Of a stretch of DNA of 32,000 nt, positions 1 to 9,994 are shown in pieces. Position numbers and translations under genes: made by a program. Each line of letters begins with the position of its first letter. Position 1 is the stretch's first letter. The notes under the pieces were generated by a model. That model did not search any database. It was given only the letters and a program-made list of their open reading frames with translations, and was not told where the DNA came from. This DNA is from Trichodesmium erythraeum IMS101 (GTDB taxonomy: Bacteria; Cyanobacteriota; Cyanobacteriia; Cyanobacteriales; Microcoleaceae). The stretch spans positions 7,710,001-7,742,000 of the forward strand of contig NC_008312.1 in assembly GCF_000014265.1 (NCBI RefSeq), read 5' to 3'.

Positions 1-60
1 ATGGGTATTTTTTTAGTTTTTTCCGATTAGGTGTCTATGCCTGGCAATGGAAAAGTTAAT

Positions 61-135
61 ATCAGGACTTTTTAAGAATCCTGATTAAAATATTACACTG
101 TTTATGAGAAGTCTTTCAAGCTCATAAATCAGTGT
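61..135. terminator. Two adjacent stem-loops downstream of pebB; possible bidirectional intrinsic terminator
   Basis: ATCAGGA (61-67) pairs with TCCTGAT (79-85). ACACTGTTTATGAG (95-108) pairs with CTCATAAATCAGTGT (121-135) with one bulged base. T-rich flank TTTTTATTGATTTT follows on the + strand; AAAATATT precedes it, giving a short T-run on the - strand. Confidence 0.35.
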
Positions 136-243
136 TTTTATTGATTTTCTCCTATCTTTTAAACCCTTCAGATATTCTTTATACAATGCTGTTGTATTTT
201 TGTTTGTTACAATTTGTTAACAAACTTCTTTGACGTCAAAAAG

Positions 244-1014
244 TTAAGCAGGATTCAAGGCCAATTTTCTTTCTAGATCAAACAGAAAGCCATGAATATA
301 CTCTTCTGTCCACTCATGGCCATAAAATCGGGTCAACATTTTCCTGGCTGGATCTTTTTCCGCTCGATATCTGAGATAACGCAGTTGGGCTTCTTTTATT
401 TCTGCTAATTTCTCTGAATTAGTAATCTGCTCTGTTTGCTTGACAAAAATCAAATAAGCTTGCAAATAATCTTTGAACGCCTCGAACACTCTTGTCTCAA
501 CTAACTCAGTTTTCTGAGGACGAGTCCAAAGAAAAGCTGGAGAAAAGAATGGGGTTGCTTCTTCTGGAAAATCACCTCCCCAAGGTAAATATTTCTGATG
601 TTTTTGGAACGTCTCCCATATTGGCTCAGTATACTTTTTTTGATACTGAAGGTTATCCCGAAATAAGGGCTGCATATCTAGGGCGATTAAATGTCCCCCT
701 GGCAAGGAAACTAGGTCTGCCCCAAAAAAGGGTAAGTCATAATTAAGATGAGGGAATATAACAAAATTCAACACTTGGAGGGCACTGCCACCTTGGACAT
801 GGGCAGCTCGGATTTGCCTGAGTTTGGGGCTACAGTGAGCATAACTAGTTGTCTGTACTTCTTGTTGCTTTTTGCCTTTACCAGTCATAGCAACTTTATG
901 CTCAAATCCAGAAGGTATAGGGTAAGGTTGTAGTTCTAATTCCTCCTTAAGCTTAGTTAAAGCATAATCTAGAAAAGGTTGATATAAATTCACAATATTA
1001 TTAGTGGCTGTCAT
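244..1014 (-). CDS. pebB: Phycoerythrobilin:ferredoxin oxidoreductase (PebB), ferredoxin-dependent bilin reductase family
   Basis: 256-aa ORF with PebB-type blocks: [96 protein letters not shown]. It lies downstream of pebA on the same strand. Confidence 0.9.
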
Positions 1015-1567
1015 TTCAGTTGTCAGTTATTAGTACCTCCAGTTATACTAAATATTAAAAAATAATTTCTAACTTGAGTTGATTTTTAATTGTTAAGTAA
1101 TTAGTACTCTACTAATTACTTTTTTGATCATTAAAACCCTAAAAGCCTGTTAATTTCATAAAAGTTGTACGAACTTTGTGTATAACGTTCTTACCACTCC
1201 TAGCAAGAGTTAAGCTTAGGTTTCAACCATGAATAAAGTTTAACAAAAATTTATTAAATTAGTATGATCAGGAGGATAGAAAATTAAAAATTTCTTTTTT
1301 TCATCCCCTTGAAAGAAGGTCCTTAGGAAAATAATGGGTTTAAAGCTCCGTCTTGGAATGACTTAATAACTTCTTTAGTTACTCATTGAAAAGACCTATT
1401 TAAAAATTTATCAAAATAGCAAAGCTTTTATTATACACTATCTGTCTTTTAATTAGTTGTTATTATGATAGATGCTCTCAATAGTTAACAGCTTAATTTT
1501 TAATAGCTAATAGCTCACTGCCGAATACTTAGATTATATTTTAGCAATTACATTGATAAAAATAAGT

Positions 1568-1600
1568 TCACACCTCCCTGAAGTTCCTGGAGAGGTGTGA
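1568..1600 (-). terminator. Terminator-like hairpin about 30 nt after the pebA stop
   Basis: TCACACCTC (1568-1576) pairs with GAGGTGTGA (1592-1600), with extra inner C/G pairs. Read on the - strand, the stem is followed by ACTTATTTTTATC. Confidence 0.45.
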
Positions 1601-1630
1601 TAAAAATTCTTAACTTAATAGTTAACAAAC

Positions 1631-2365
1631 TCATCGAGTGCTAGTAGGAACTGCTAATGGTACAGCATCTTCAAACAAAAATTGGTAGAGAAATTTTTCT
1701 GACCATTCATGGCCAAAATAACTACTAAATAATCCTGATGCTGGGTCTCGCTCAGCACTATATTGATCGTAATCTTTTTGGGCTTTAACTATCTTTTGAA
1801 TCTCTGCTTCTGTCTGAATAATTTCTGCTTCATGTAACATTTGCCAATATAAACTAATATAATCTTTATAAGCTTGGAAAAATTTAGTCTGCACTGTCTG
1901 TGCATCTGTTTTGGCAAACAATAAATATTTAGAAAAATATTGATTAGCATCGTAAAACTTCATTTCTAAGTTTTGAGCCAAGTCATTATATTTTTCTCGT
2001 AGCGATCGCATTGGCTCTATATATTTAGCCAAATATGATTCTTCTTGGAATAAAGGTTGAAAGTCTAATACTATTAAGATTTTATTTTTACCGAAAGATA
2101 ATAAGTCAATCCCTAATAGTGGGATATCATAGCAGTAACTGGGATAAATCACACTATTAAATACCTGAGCTGTAGCCCCTGCATCAATATAAGTATAACG
2201 TATTTTTCTGAGTTCAGTACACTCATAGCACCAACTCTGAATTCTCGCCTTATTTTTCCCTCTATTACTAACGTTAGCTTCTAAGCCAGCAGGAATTGGT
2301 CTACTCCGTAAATCAAATTTACTAAATAACTCTTTTTCTAAATATTCAAGAAACGGTCTGTACAT
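1631..2365 (-). CDS. pebA: 15,16-dihydrobiliverdin:ferredoxin oxidoreductase (PebA)
   Basis: 244-aa ORF with PebA-type blocks: IQSWCYEC..LRKIRYTYIDAG..AQVFNSVIYP, LLGIDLLSFGKNKILIVLDFQPL, YSAERDPASGLFSSYFGHEWSEKFLYQFLF. Contains a HIP1 site at 2002-2009. Confidence 0.9.
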   Translation of the reverse strand: MYRPFLEYLEKELFSKFDLRSRPIPAGLEANVSNRGKNKARIQSWCYECTELRKIRYTYIDAGATAQVFNSVIYPSYCYDIPLLGIDLLSFGKNKILIVLDFQPLFQEESYLAKYIEPMRSLREKYNDLAQNLEMKFYDANQYFSKYLLFAKTDAQTVQTKFFQAYKDYISLYWQMLHEAEIIQTEAEIQKIVKAQKDYDQYSAERDPASGLFSSYFGHEWSEKFLYQFLFEDAVPLAVPTSTR

Positions 2366-2835
2366 TGATACTTATCATACTTAGTATATTAACTCGTTTC
2401 CGACAATAATAGATGGCCATCACCAGAGTCTCATTTCTGAGGAACAAAGCAATAATCCTTCATAAAGTCAAAAGTCAAAATTTAAAAGTCAAACCTAAAA
2501 AACTGTATTTTATCAAAAAGTATTTTTAGGTATTTCTTCTATATTTCAACCATACTATCCATAAAAGAATAAGTTTTTTCTCAAAGAAAATTATATTATT
2601 TTAGCTTTTTTTTCTAATTTAACTAATCAAAATTTCCTCAGCTTTTTTCATAAAGTTATGATTGTAATTGTTGCCAAAGTCTACCATAGAGTTGTATAGA
2701 TTCATATTTTCTGTTAATCATGATCAAAACAACTTTGCCTCAAGTCTCCCATTTCAAGGTTTCGATAAAAAAATAAATTTCACTACTTAAAGTTGAATGC
2801 TGAGGACTATCCATCCCATGGCCGAGGCAATTTTA

Positions 2836-3179
2836 ATGATACAGTCTTTTCAAACAAGAATTAACAGATAAATTTTTCTGACCATTCATAGCCCACATAA
2901 CTACTAAAAAATAATCCTGATACTGGGTCTCGATCAGTACTATATTGTTCGTAATCTTTTTGGGCTTTAACTATCTTTTGAACCTCTGTTTATGTCTAAA
3001 GAATTTATGCTTGATATAACATTTACCAATATAAACTAATGTAATATTTATAAGCTTGGAAAAATTGATTCTGCATTGTCCGTACATCTAGGTAAATAAT
3101 AAATACTTAAAAAAATACTTATTACCATCCTAAAACTTTATTTCTGAGTTTTAAGCTAAGTCATTATATTTTTCTCGTA
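2836..3179 (-). pseudogene. Degenerate duplicate of the 3-prime (C-terminal) half of pebA
   Basis: Nucleotide alignment by eye: 2836-3179 is colinear with pebA about 1656-2000. Shared runs include AAATTTTTCTGACCATTCAT, AATCCTGATRCTGGGTCTCG, CGTAATCTTTTTGGGCTTTAACTATCTTTTGAA and GTCATTATATTTTTCTCGTA. The copy carries indels and stop codons. Confidence 0.8.
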
Positions 3180-3510
3180 ATGTTGAATACCCATACAAAA
3201 GTTTACTTATTTAGTTAGAGTAATTTGAGTAATGGTAAAAATGTCAACTAATTTTCCGTTCTCAAATGTTGTGGCTTATTTGTTGAAGTTTGACTCCTGT
3301 AACTTTAGGTTTATGAATGATAGGATATAGATTTTACAATACTAAGAAATCACACAGTTGGTATTATGTTTCTGATTAGCCAAAAATATTCTGGCATCAG
3401 TTTCATTGTCTTCATAATGTTTTTCTCTATATACTTTCACGATTCATTAATTCAATGATTAGTTTCCAATTTCAAGCTTTTTATTAATTATTTGCCAAAA
3501 CTAGCTAAAT

Positions 3511-4113
3511 TTATTTCATAAATGAACCTACTACACCATTCATATCACTATCCAAAGGATTACCTAAAGCGTTAAATTTCCAATATTTATCGTCTCTATA
3601 AACTGCTCCCATTAACATTGATATTTTACCTTGATAAGTGCCATTACCAGATAAAGTATACCTTGCTATTTCTACCCCTTTATAATCAACAGCTCTAACA
3701 AAAGCATTTTCTACCATTCCAAATTGTTGTTTCCTTTCTTTAGCTTGATAAATACTTACTGCTAAGATAATTTTTTGGTATTTTTCAGGAATAGAGTTTA
3801 ATTTCAAAATTATTTGTTCATCATCTCCCTCTCCTTCTCCAGTCAGATTATCTCCTGAATGAATTATTGTCTTATCTTTAGATTCTAAATGACCATAATA
3901 AATTACATCTTCTTTGTAGTTTTTAAGTTTATCATTCTCTTCTAATAAAATGGCATAACCATCCAGATCAAAATCCGATCTATTAACGAATAAACCAGCT
4001 AAACCACCTGTATACTTTGCTACATCCCATCCTAGTCCCATTGTCAGTCTTGATAGATCATATTCACTTTTATCAAGTAAAATTTTTTGCCCTTTTTTAA
4101 GATTTATACTCAT
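3511..4113 (-). CDS. TerD-domain stress protein (divergent paralog)
   Basis: 200-aa ORF: MSINLKKGQKI..., GLGWDV, FDLDGYA, and a calcium-site-type acidic loop GDNLTGEGEGDDEQI, then FGMVENAFVR and WKFNALG. Relative to the other two paralogs it has an insertion (KYTGGLAGLFVNRS). Confidence 0.85.
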   Translation of the reverse strand: MSINLKKGQKILLDKSEYDLSRLTMGLGWDVAKYTGGLAGLFVNRSDFDLDGYAILLEENDKLKNYKEDVIYYGHLESKDKTIIHSGDNLTGEGEGDDEQIILKLNSIPEKYQKIILAVSIYQAKERKQQFGMVENAFVRAVDYKGVEIARYTLSGNGTYQGKISMLMGAVYRDDKYWKFNALGNPLDSDMNGVVGSFMK

Positions 4114-4264
4114 ATATTTATTACCCTATATAAACTCTAAAAAATTTTCATGAAATTTAATAATAAATTATAGCAGTTTGATCAATTTTTTGTACAAAAG
4201 TGAATCAATCTTTCATGTATAGATAAAAAATTTTAGTACCAAAAGTATAAGTAGTTCTAAAAGA

Positions 4265-5230
4265 TATAGTCATTTCACTTAAGAATGAAACAAAAAGAGT
4301 ATAAGATTGAACAAATAAAGTATGGGATTAGAAATCATGGCTTATGGTTTAGATTTCAGACAAAAATTAATAGTAATAATAGAAAATGGAGTTAGAATCA
4401 CCAAAGTTTCGCAAGTGTTTGGAATAAGATGACTTGAGAGAAAGGAACTGGCAGCAACAAAGGTAAAATATATCTAGTTTTCCCTAAAGGTAAAATATAT
4501 CTAGTTTTCCCTAAATACAAGAGAATTGTCAATAGATTAACAAGAAAATCCAGAAGCTAGATTAAAACATACAGCTAAAAGATTCGGCGTAAGTACAACT
4601 GCAATTTTTAAGGCTATCAAAATAATGAAAATAACCAGAAAAAAAAAGAACTACATTATCGCGGAAAGAAGTAGATAATAATGGATAAAGTATTATCAGG
4701 ATTTACTGAAATTAATCAAAATATATGGGAGTAAAAGTTTCTTATTCTTTTTGGAGTCAGGATTTCCATAATTTCTAAATTGTATTTATGTGTGGTCAAA
4801 AAGAGAGAAAAAAATTTCTGGAGATAGGCAAAGAAAGAGGAAAGAAAGAGAAAACTTAGTCCCTGGTAGAAGAAAATAAAAAAAAATATTTAATCCCACT
4901 AATTATATTTACAGGAAGCTTGAATGCAGAAGGTTTGGAATGCTTAATGATGGTAATCAATATATTAATTACCATCATTAAGTATCACATCAGTTGTGAT
5001 TATGAATAATGTACCAATTTATCGAAAAACAGTAATTAAACAAATAGTTGAAGATAGAGGTCATCAGGTCATATTCCCCCCTAAGTATTCTCCTAATTTG
5101 AAGGATATTAAACATGATTTTAGTTCCTTAAAGAGAGCCAGAATGTATACTCCTTCAAATACAGCCTTAGATAAAATCATCTGTAATTATTGTGTAGCTT
5201 AATGTCTCATTCTTAAGTTAAATGACTATA
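4265..5230 (+). mobile_element. Decayed IS630/Tc1-mariner family insertion sequence, copy A (transposase broken by stops and frameshifts)
   Basis: Terminal inverted repeats TATAGTCATTTCACTTAAGAATGA (4265-4288) and TCATTCTTAAGTTAAATGACTATA (5207-5230), 23/24 complementary and flanked by TA. The N-terminal fragment starts at 4322 (MGLEIMAYGLDFRQK...). The C-terminal fragment 4996-5202 carries the IS630-type PPKYSPNLKDIKHDFSSLKR block. Confidence 0.75.
4458..4511. repeat. Perfect 27-bp tandem duplication inside IS630 copy A
   Basis: AAAGGTAAAATATATCTAGTTTTCCCT occurs at 4458-4484 and again at 4485-4511. The homologous place in copy B (about 16640-16700) has a single unit. Confidence 0.9.
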
Positions 5231-5546
5231 TAAGTAAGTAGGTATGAAAAAAAAATTAGCTATATTAAGATTTGTGTACTGACTCCAAGCTTATTCACAC
5301 AGTTGATTTGAGGTGAGTTTATATTTTGTTACACTTACATCTTATACCTGATTAGACAAAATCAAAACCCAGCTTATATAACCAAGGCATCAGTGTATTT
5401 AGCTGACTAGACATCAAGATAAGCAATACATGAGGTCAAAGTAAAATAAGTGACTGTTGTGAACAATTAAACTAATCTAAATCACTATGATTTAATAAAG
5501 TGTAAATAAACCAAATATGTTAACAAATAAGAAACTAAAGAAAAAA

Positions 5547-6520
5547 TCAACCAACCCTAAACTCCAAGTATTGTTTTGTGTCCAAAGCGGTGTACTTTAA
5601 AACGATGTTTAGCTCTCTGCGTGTGAATTCCTCAATCTTCCATCTGCGTCTTCCCCAACTAGCAATAGTTTGACCTTTCATTGGTTTTGTAGAAATAACA
5701 AAACTTTTAATTCTTATACCATCTCGTTTTAGGTATACCCATGACAAAAAAAGCTGGAAAATCTAAACCATTTACATAAACTTCAAGTCATAAGAGTTCT
5801 AGCTTCACAGACTTTTCGTCCATCAGTTAAAGTTCTATTTTTACTAACTCTTACTATAGGATAATGGGAATTATCCCGAATTTGTTTGAGAAATTTAATT
5901 ATTCCAAAAGCCGTATCGCCTAATACATAAATTCTAAAATTTTTAATAGGTATTTTTGGCAAATTATTCAATAATTTCTGTGCTAATTCGGATGGAGATG
6001 GAATCTCCTTTTCCCGATCAACCGTAAATATCCAAGGGATACGCCAGTTACCTATCACTAAATACATATAACGACAATGTGTAAACCTTTTTTAAGTTAT
6101 ATATTCGAACCCTTCCTCCTCTAAGGGGAGAACTTACCACCAATTATTGTGTAGTTAAATCCAGAATTACTCCCACACCTTGGTTTTCTTCCCCTTTTAA
6201 CTTCAGAAAAAATGAGATGGAGTAGAAAAGAATGAACAGTACGAATTAAAGAACGAGTTGACCATTTAAAATTATTTAAGAAATGACTGATAGCACTTTC
6301 AGATTTGGACAGTACGAATTAAAGAACGAGTTGACCATTTAAAATTATTTAAGAAATGACTGATAGCACTTTCAGATTTGGTTTGACAATGATAGGGAAC
6401 TGAATTTCCTTGCCCACAAAGGAGTAAACTAAAAATAGATTCAAGGGTTTGGTAGTGCGTCAGTAAAGTGTGGGATAAGTAATTAAGTCGTTCCAACTTC
6501 AAGGAGCGATCGCGTTCCTC
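5547..6520 (-). pseudogene. IS4/IS701-like DDE transposase remnant (frameshifted)
   Basis: Fragments lie in different frames. N-terminal: SESAISHFLNNFKWSTRSLIRTV. Middle: YLVIGNWRIPWIFTV...YVLGDTAFG. C-terminal: WGRRRWKIEEF, the YxxRWxIE-type motif of IS4-superfamily transposases. Confidence 0.55.
6236..6381. repeat. Perfect 73-bp tandem duplication inside the IS701-like remnant
   Basis: The unit ACAGTACGAATTAAAGAACGAGTTGACCATTTAAAATTATTTAAGAAATGACTGATAGCACTTTCAGATTTGG occurs at 6236-6308 and 6309-6381. Confidence 0.9.
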
Positions 6521-7290
6521 AGCTCTTTGTGCAGCAGTATTTTCTTTGCAACTATGAACCCAAATCAAATTAAAGTAGGCCCTCGCCAACCTTACTGTTA
6601 CCTCAGTTTGTTGCCAGAGCTTGCCAAATTTATTCTGTCGGCGATGCCATCGACCGCTATGCTGTCTGATAATTCCATTTATGCGTTCCAATTGTAGGAC
6701 AATGGTTTTTACCAATAATGTGTTCTATTACAGAGCAATACTCGTTCATACCCTCCCCAATTATCAGTTAGCCATTTTTTACAGCTAGTTTTCTCTTCTG
6801 TATTGAGGATCAATTCCTCAATGAACTGGTCAGTATGTTTATTTACTCTAGCACTCAGAATTAATCTACTGGATGAAGCTTAGGGGCTTGCCAACCCAAG
6901 AATTCCCTTCTCTCAATTGCTGATACTGGCACTGTTTTTGTTTTTTTTGGATGAGTGACCAAAACTCATCACTGTTGATTTGTGAGTTATTGATATTCTG
7001 GAGATGAGCATTATGAATCATTTGTCCTTTTTCACAGGCAGCTCTTACCAAACTAATTACTGTATTATAGGCCAAATTAACTGTTGGACTAATCCCTCTT
7101 AAACTACTGCCCTCAACGTGAGCCTCTAGAACCAGGGGCTTTTGTTCAGGTTGAATTTTTCTACGATAGTAGAGAGTGTCAAAAGTATCGGTGAAAGTTT
7201 GTAGGCATTCAGGAGAATAATATCGTTGACAACATTACTGGTCTTTCCCTGTTTATGGGTTTTCTGATGGCCACATAGAGGACATTCTAT
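6520..7290 (-). pseudogene. IS1-family-like transposase remnant (frameshifts and stops)
   Basis: Reading the - strand from about 7290: zinc-finger-like ECPLCGHQKTHKQGK, then after a frameshift QRYYSPECLQTFT...EGSSLRGIS...YNTVISLV, then DEFWSLIQKKQK, then C-terminal LERINGIIRQHSGRWHRRQNKFGK. This order matches IS1 InsA/InsB-type proteins. The 138-aa track ORF 6299-6715 is a chimera of this tail and the IS701-like N-terminus. Confidence 0.5.
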
Positions 7291-7440
7291 GATAATAGAA
7301 AGTATTTAAGGACAACGATTATATTACCATTGCCACACTTTCTTGATGCACTACCAAGGTTTTCAAGTTGATAACTAGTGGGCATTATTTGTTTTAAGCT
7401 AGAAATTTAATTTTTGTCCTTGGGAGAAACTATTATTTAC

Positions 7441-8779
7441 AGGACTTACACAAAGACACTCTATATAGCTTATACTAAATAGAGCGACCGCATAAAAATT
7501 TATGGTGATCGCTTGAAAAAGAACATAATCATAACTAATACTAAAGATAGGATAGTACCATTAGTTTTGGCTCTATCATATATGGCTAATTGTAAGTAAA
7601 TAATTTTTGCTTAAATACCCTGATTATTGTAGAATAATATTACTTTTAATTTGAGCTAATCAGATAAGTTTTAACTACATTGATTATTGTCAATATTTGC
7701 TCAAATCTAATACAAGTTAAAACATAGTAAATTTAGCGAGTCACTTAGAAAATATTAGCTATGAAACAATAAATTATTATTGAAGAAGATAAAATTTTGA
7801 TGCTCAGGAATTAGGTCAAAATTTTCAAAAATAAATAGTAATTCAAACAGATGTTTATTTAATCTTTAATGATACAGTTTTCAACACAGAATATGGTAGT
7901 GAAATTAGGTTAATGCGATGACAATATAGTGGTAATGATCATAAAGTAGTCTGTGGTATAATTTAAGAGTAAATTGTATATATTTAAATCCAAAGATAGA
8001 GTAATTTTAGATAATATATTATCATATTTATGACCCAGATAGTGAGAAAAAAATAAAAATAGCTCATGGGTAGAAAATGATATTAAATTTAGTAAATTAA
8101 GAATAAGTTTAGTATTTGAAACTTTATTAATGGAGAGTTGGTATGCAACACAAAGATTAATGGTATTGGTAGATAATATGCCAAAAATTTATTACTGTCC
8201 TTGAAAAATAAATCCAGAGCTTAGATGAGATTAGAGGTTTGGAAAAATCTAAAAATATTGGATAATTAAGTTAGAGTGAATCGGAAAAAATATCAGGTAA
8301 AATTATTAAAATTAAAGGTTTTCTAAAAGATAAAAAAGTTCAGCTCCATACGGGAAAATGTTTCTAGCAACATGACAGAATACATTGTAACAGCTGTAGA
8401 ATTTGAGTCTCAAGCCAGATGGAAGAGCGAAGAATTTTACACCAGAATTAAGCAATTAACGAATACAGAGTTTTGTCAATGCAGTCTTTGGTCAAATTCA
8501 AAAAACTATGTAGCCTATGCTCTGTTAGTTTGGAGTTTTCTCAAGAGGTTAGCAGTGAAAATAGGAAAAACTATTTACATAGTTAAACATGAATTACTCT
8601 CAGACTATTTGAGCCAAGAATTGAAGAAGCCCACAATACAATTCAGGGCTCGCAATGATTTTTTAATTATTTTTTACTCTAGTTTTAACAATGGTAATTT
8701 TCTTGAAGCGATCGCTATAAATTTTAAAGGGTTCGCTCTATTTAGTATACGCTGTATATAGTGTCTTTGCGTAAGTTCT
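7441..8779 (+). mobile_element. Decayed IS with long (about 78 bp) imperfect terminal inverted repeats and a C-terminal DDE-transposase fragment
   Basis: Left end 7441-7518 and the reverse complement of 8702-8779 align at roughly 80-85% by eye, including the identical core TATACTAAATAGAGCGA. ORF 8372-8761 carries ARWKSEEFYTRIKQLTNTEFCQC (RWxIEEF...KQ...CQC-type transposase tail) and runs into the right repeat. The interior upstream is full of stops. Confidence 0.65.
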
Positions 8780-9994
8780 GATTCAGTATCTTTGTTCTCC
8801 ATTAATTCTAGAAACTAGGATACTAAAATCATCTTAGCAGTAGTATGAAAAAAAACAATATACATTATTAAAATTAAACTCCTAAAATATGCGTTATTCA
8901 TTTTTTTAAAGCTTAATTAAAATGGTAAATTTAGTTAAATTAATTAGGGAATAAAGATGATTTTTAAAGGTATTTAATTAGTTATCTCTAGGGATTAGAA
9001 AGAACAGTCTCTAATCCTCATAACACAATTACTTAAGCTGTTTCTGAACACCGATATTTTTTTTAGTGCAGGATCTGAGTTAAATAGTGACAAATTTCAA
9101 CACCAACCTACCTACAGTGTTTTGAAAATCAAATAAACACTATATATGGATTGTGTAGATATTATATTCCTGTAGGATGTAGGGTTTATTGATAATTAGC
9201 TCAAATTTATTGACAATATGGGCCGTTCCAGTATCTTACAATTAATAACTTATTTGTAAACTTAACTAAAAATTTTATATAACAAAGCTTTGAGTAATTT
9301 CAAGCCTAATGAACTATAACTCCCATTACTTAAGTATGGTAAGGATAAGAGCATAAAAATATTTACTTTATAAATTAGGAATAATAAGCAATGCTAGAAG
9401 CTCGCATTAAAAATTAGCTAAGGTTTCTTTTTCGCTTTGGGAAATAAAAAACGACATGAAAAGTGGAGCTTTGAGCAATCAGCTATTTTTTTAACACTAC
9501 ATCTACTCCATTTATATAAGTCCTGATATATGTAACTTAATCTTGTAATTTTATGCATAGACATGGTAAAAATTAATTCCCAAAAATTTAAGTAGATAAA
9601 AAAAAGCTAAAGAGTAAATTTTAATGACTCTAAAATACTAGTAATCAGAGTAGAATTACTAACTCTCAATGGCCGGAAATCATTTTCGAGGAGTGTTAAA
9701 TTTAACTTATCATCATCATACAAGGCAAATATAAATTCTCATAAACATTCAGGTGTAGATAGTAGGGGGCTTATCAATTCAAAAGTATTCTTGATTGATT
9801 ACACTTAAAGGAGCAGGGTGAGCCAAACAAGTAAGTTAAATCTACAAAGATTGATTATTTATTTTAACTCGACCTTCGCTAATAGACTAAATAGATATAA
9901 ATATTGTAGGAGAATTAAAATAAAACCTCTCCACCAGGAGATCAAACTTTGATTCTTAATTCTTTATAAACTAAGCAATTAGAGATAAATAACA

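Noticed and set aside
492-933. Track ORFs 492-746 (+) and 748-933 (+)
   Set aside because: They lie entirely antisense within pebB, whose own frame has strong family motifs. They have no recognisable domains, so they are shadow ORFs.
8372-8761. 129-aa ORF as an intact gene
   Set aside because: Only its first half resembles a transposase C-terminus. It lacks the upstream catalytic part and reads through into the right terminal inverted repeat. I treat it as part of a dead IS.
9181-9232. Short similarity to the interior of the long-repeat IS (TTAGCTCAAATT and ATTGACAATA words shared with 7640-7710)
   Set aside because: Only about 12-nt words match, and in rearranged order. It could be a scrap of a related IS, but it is too short to annotate.
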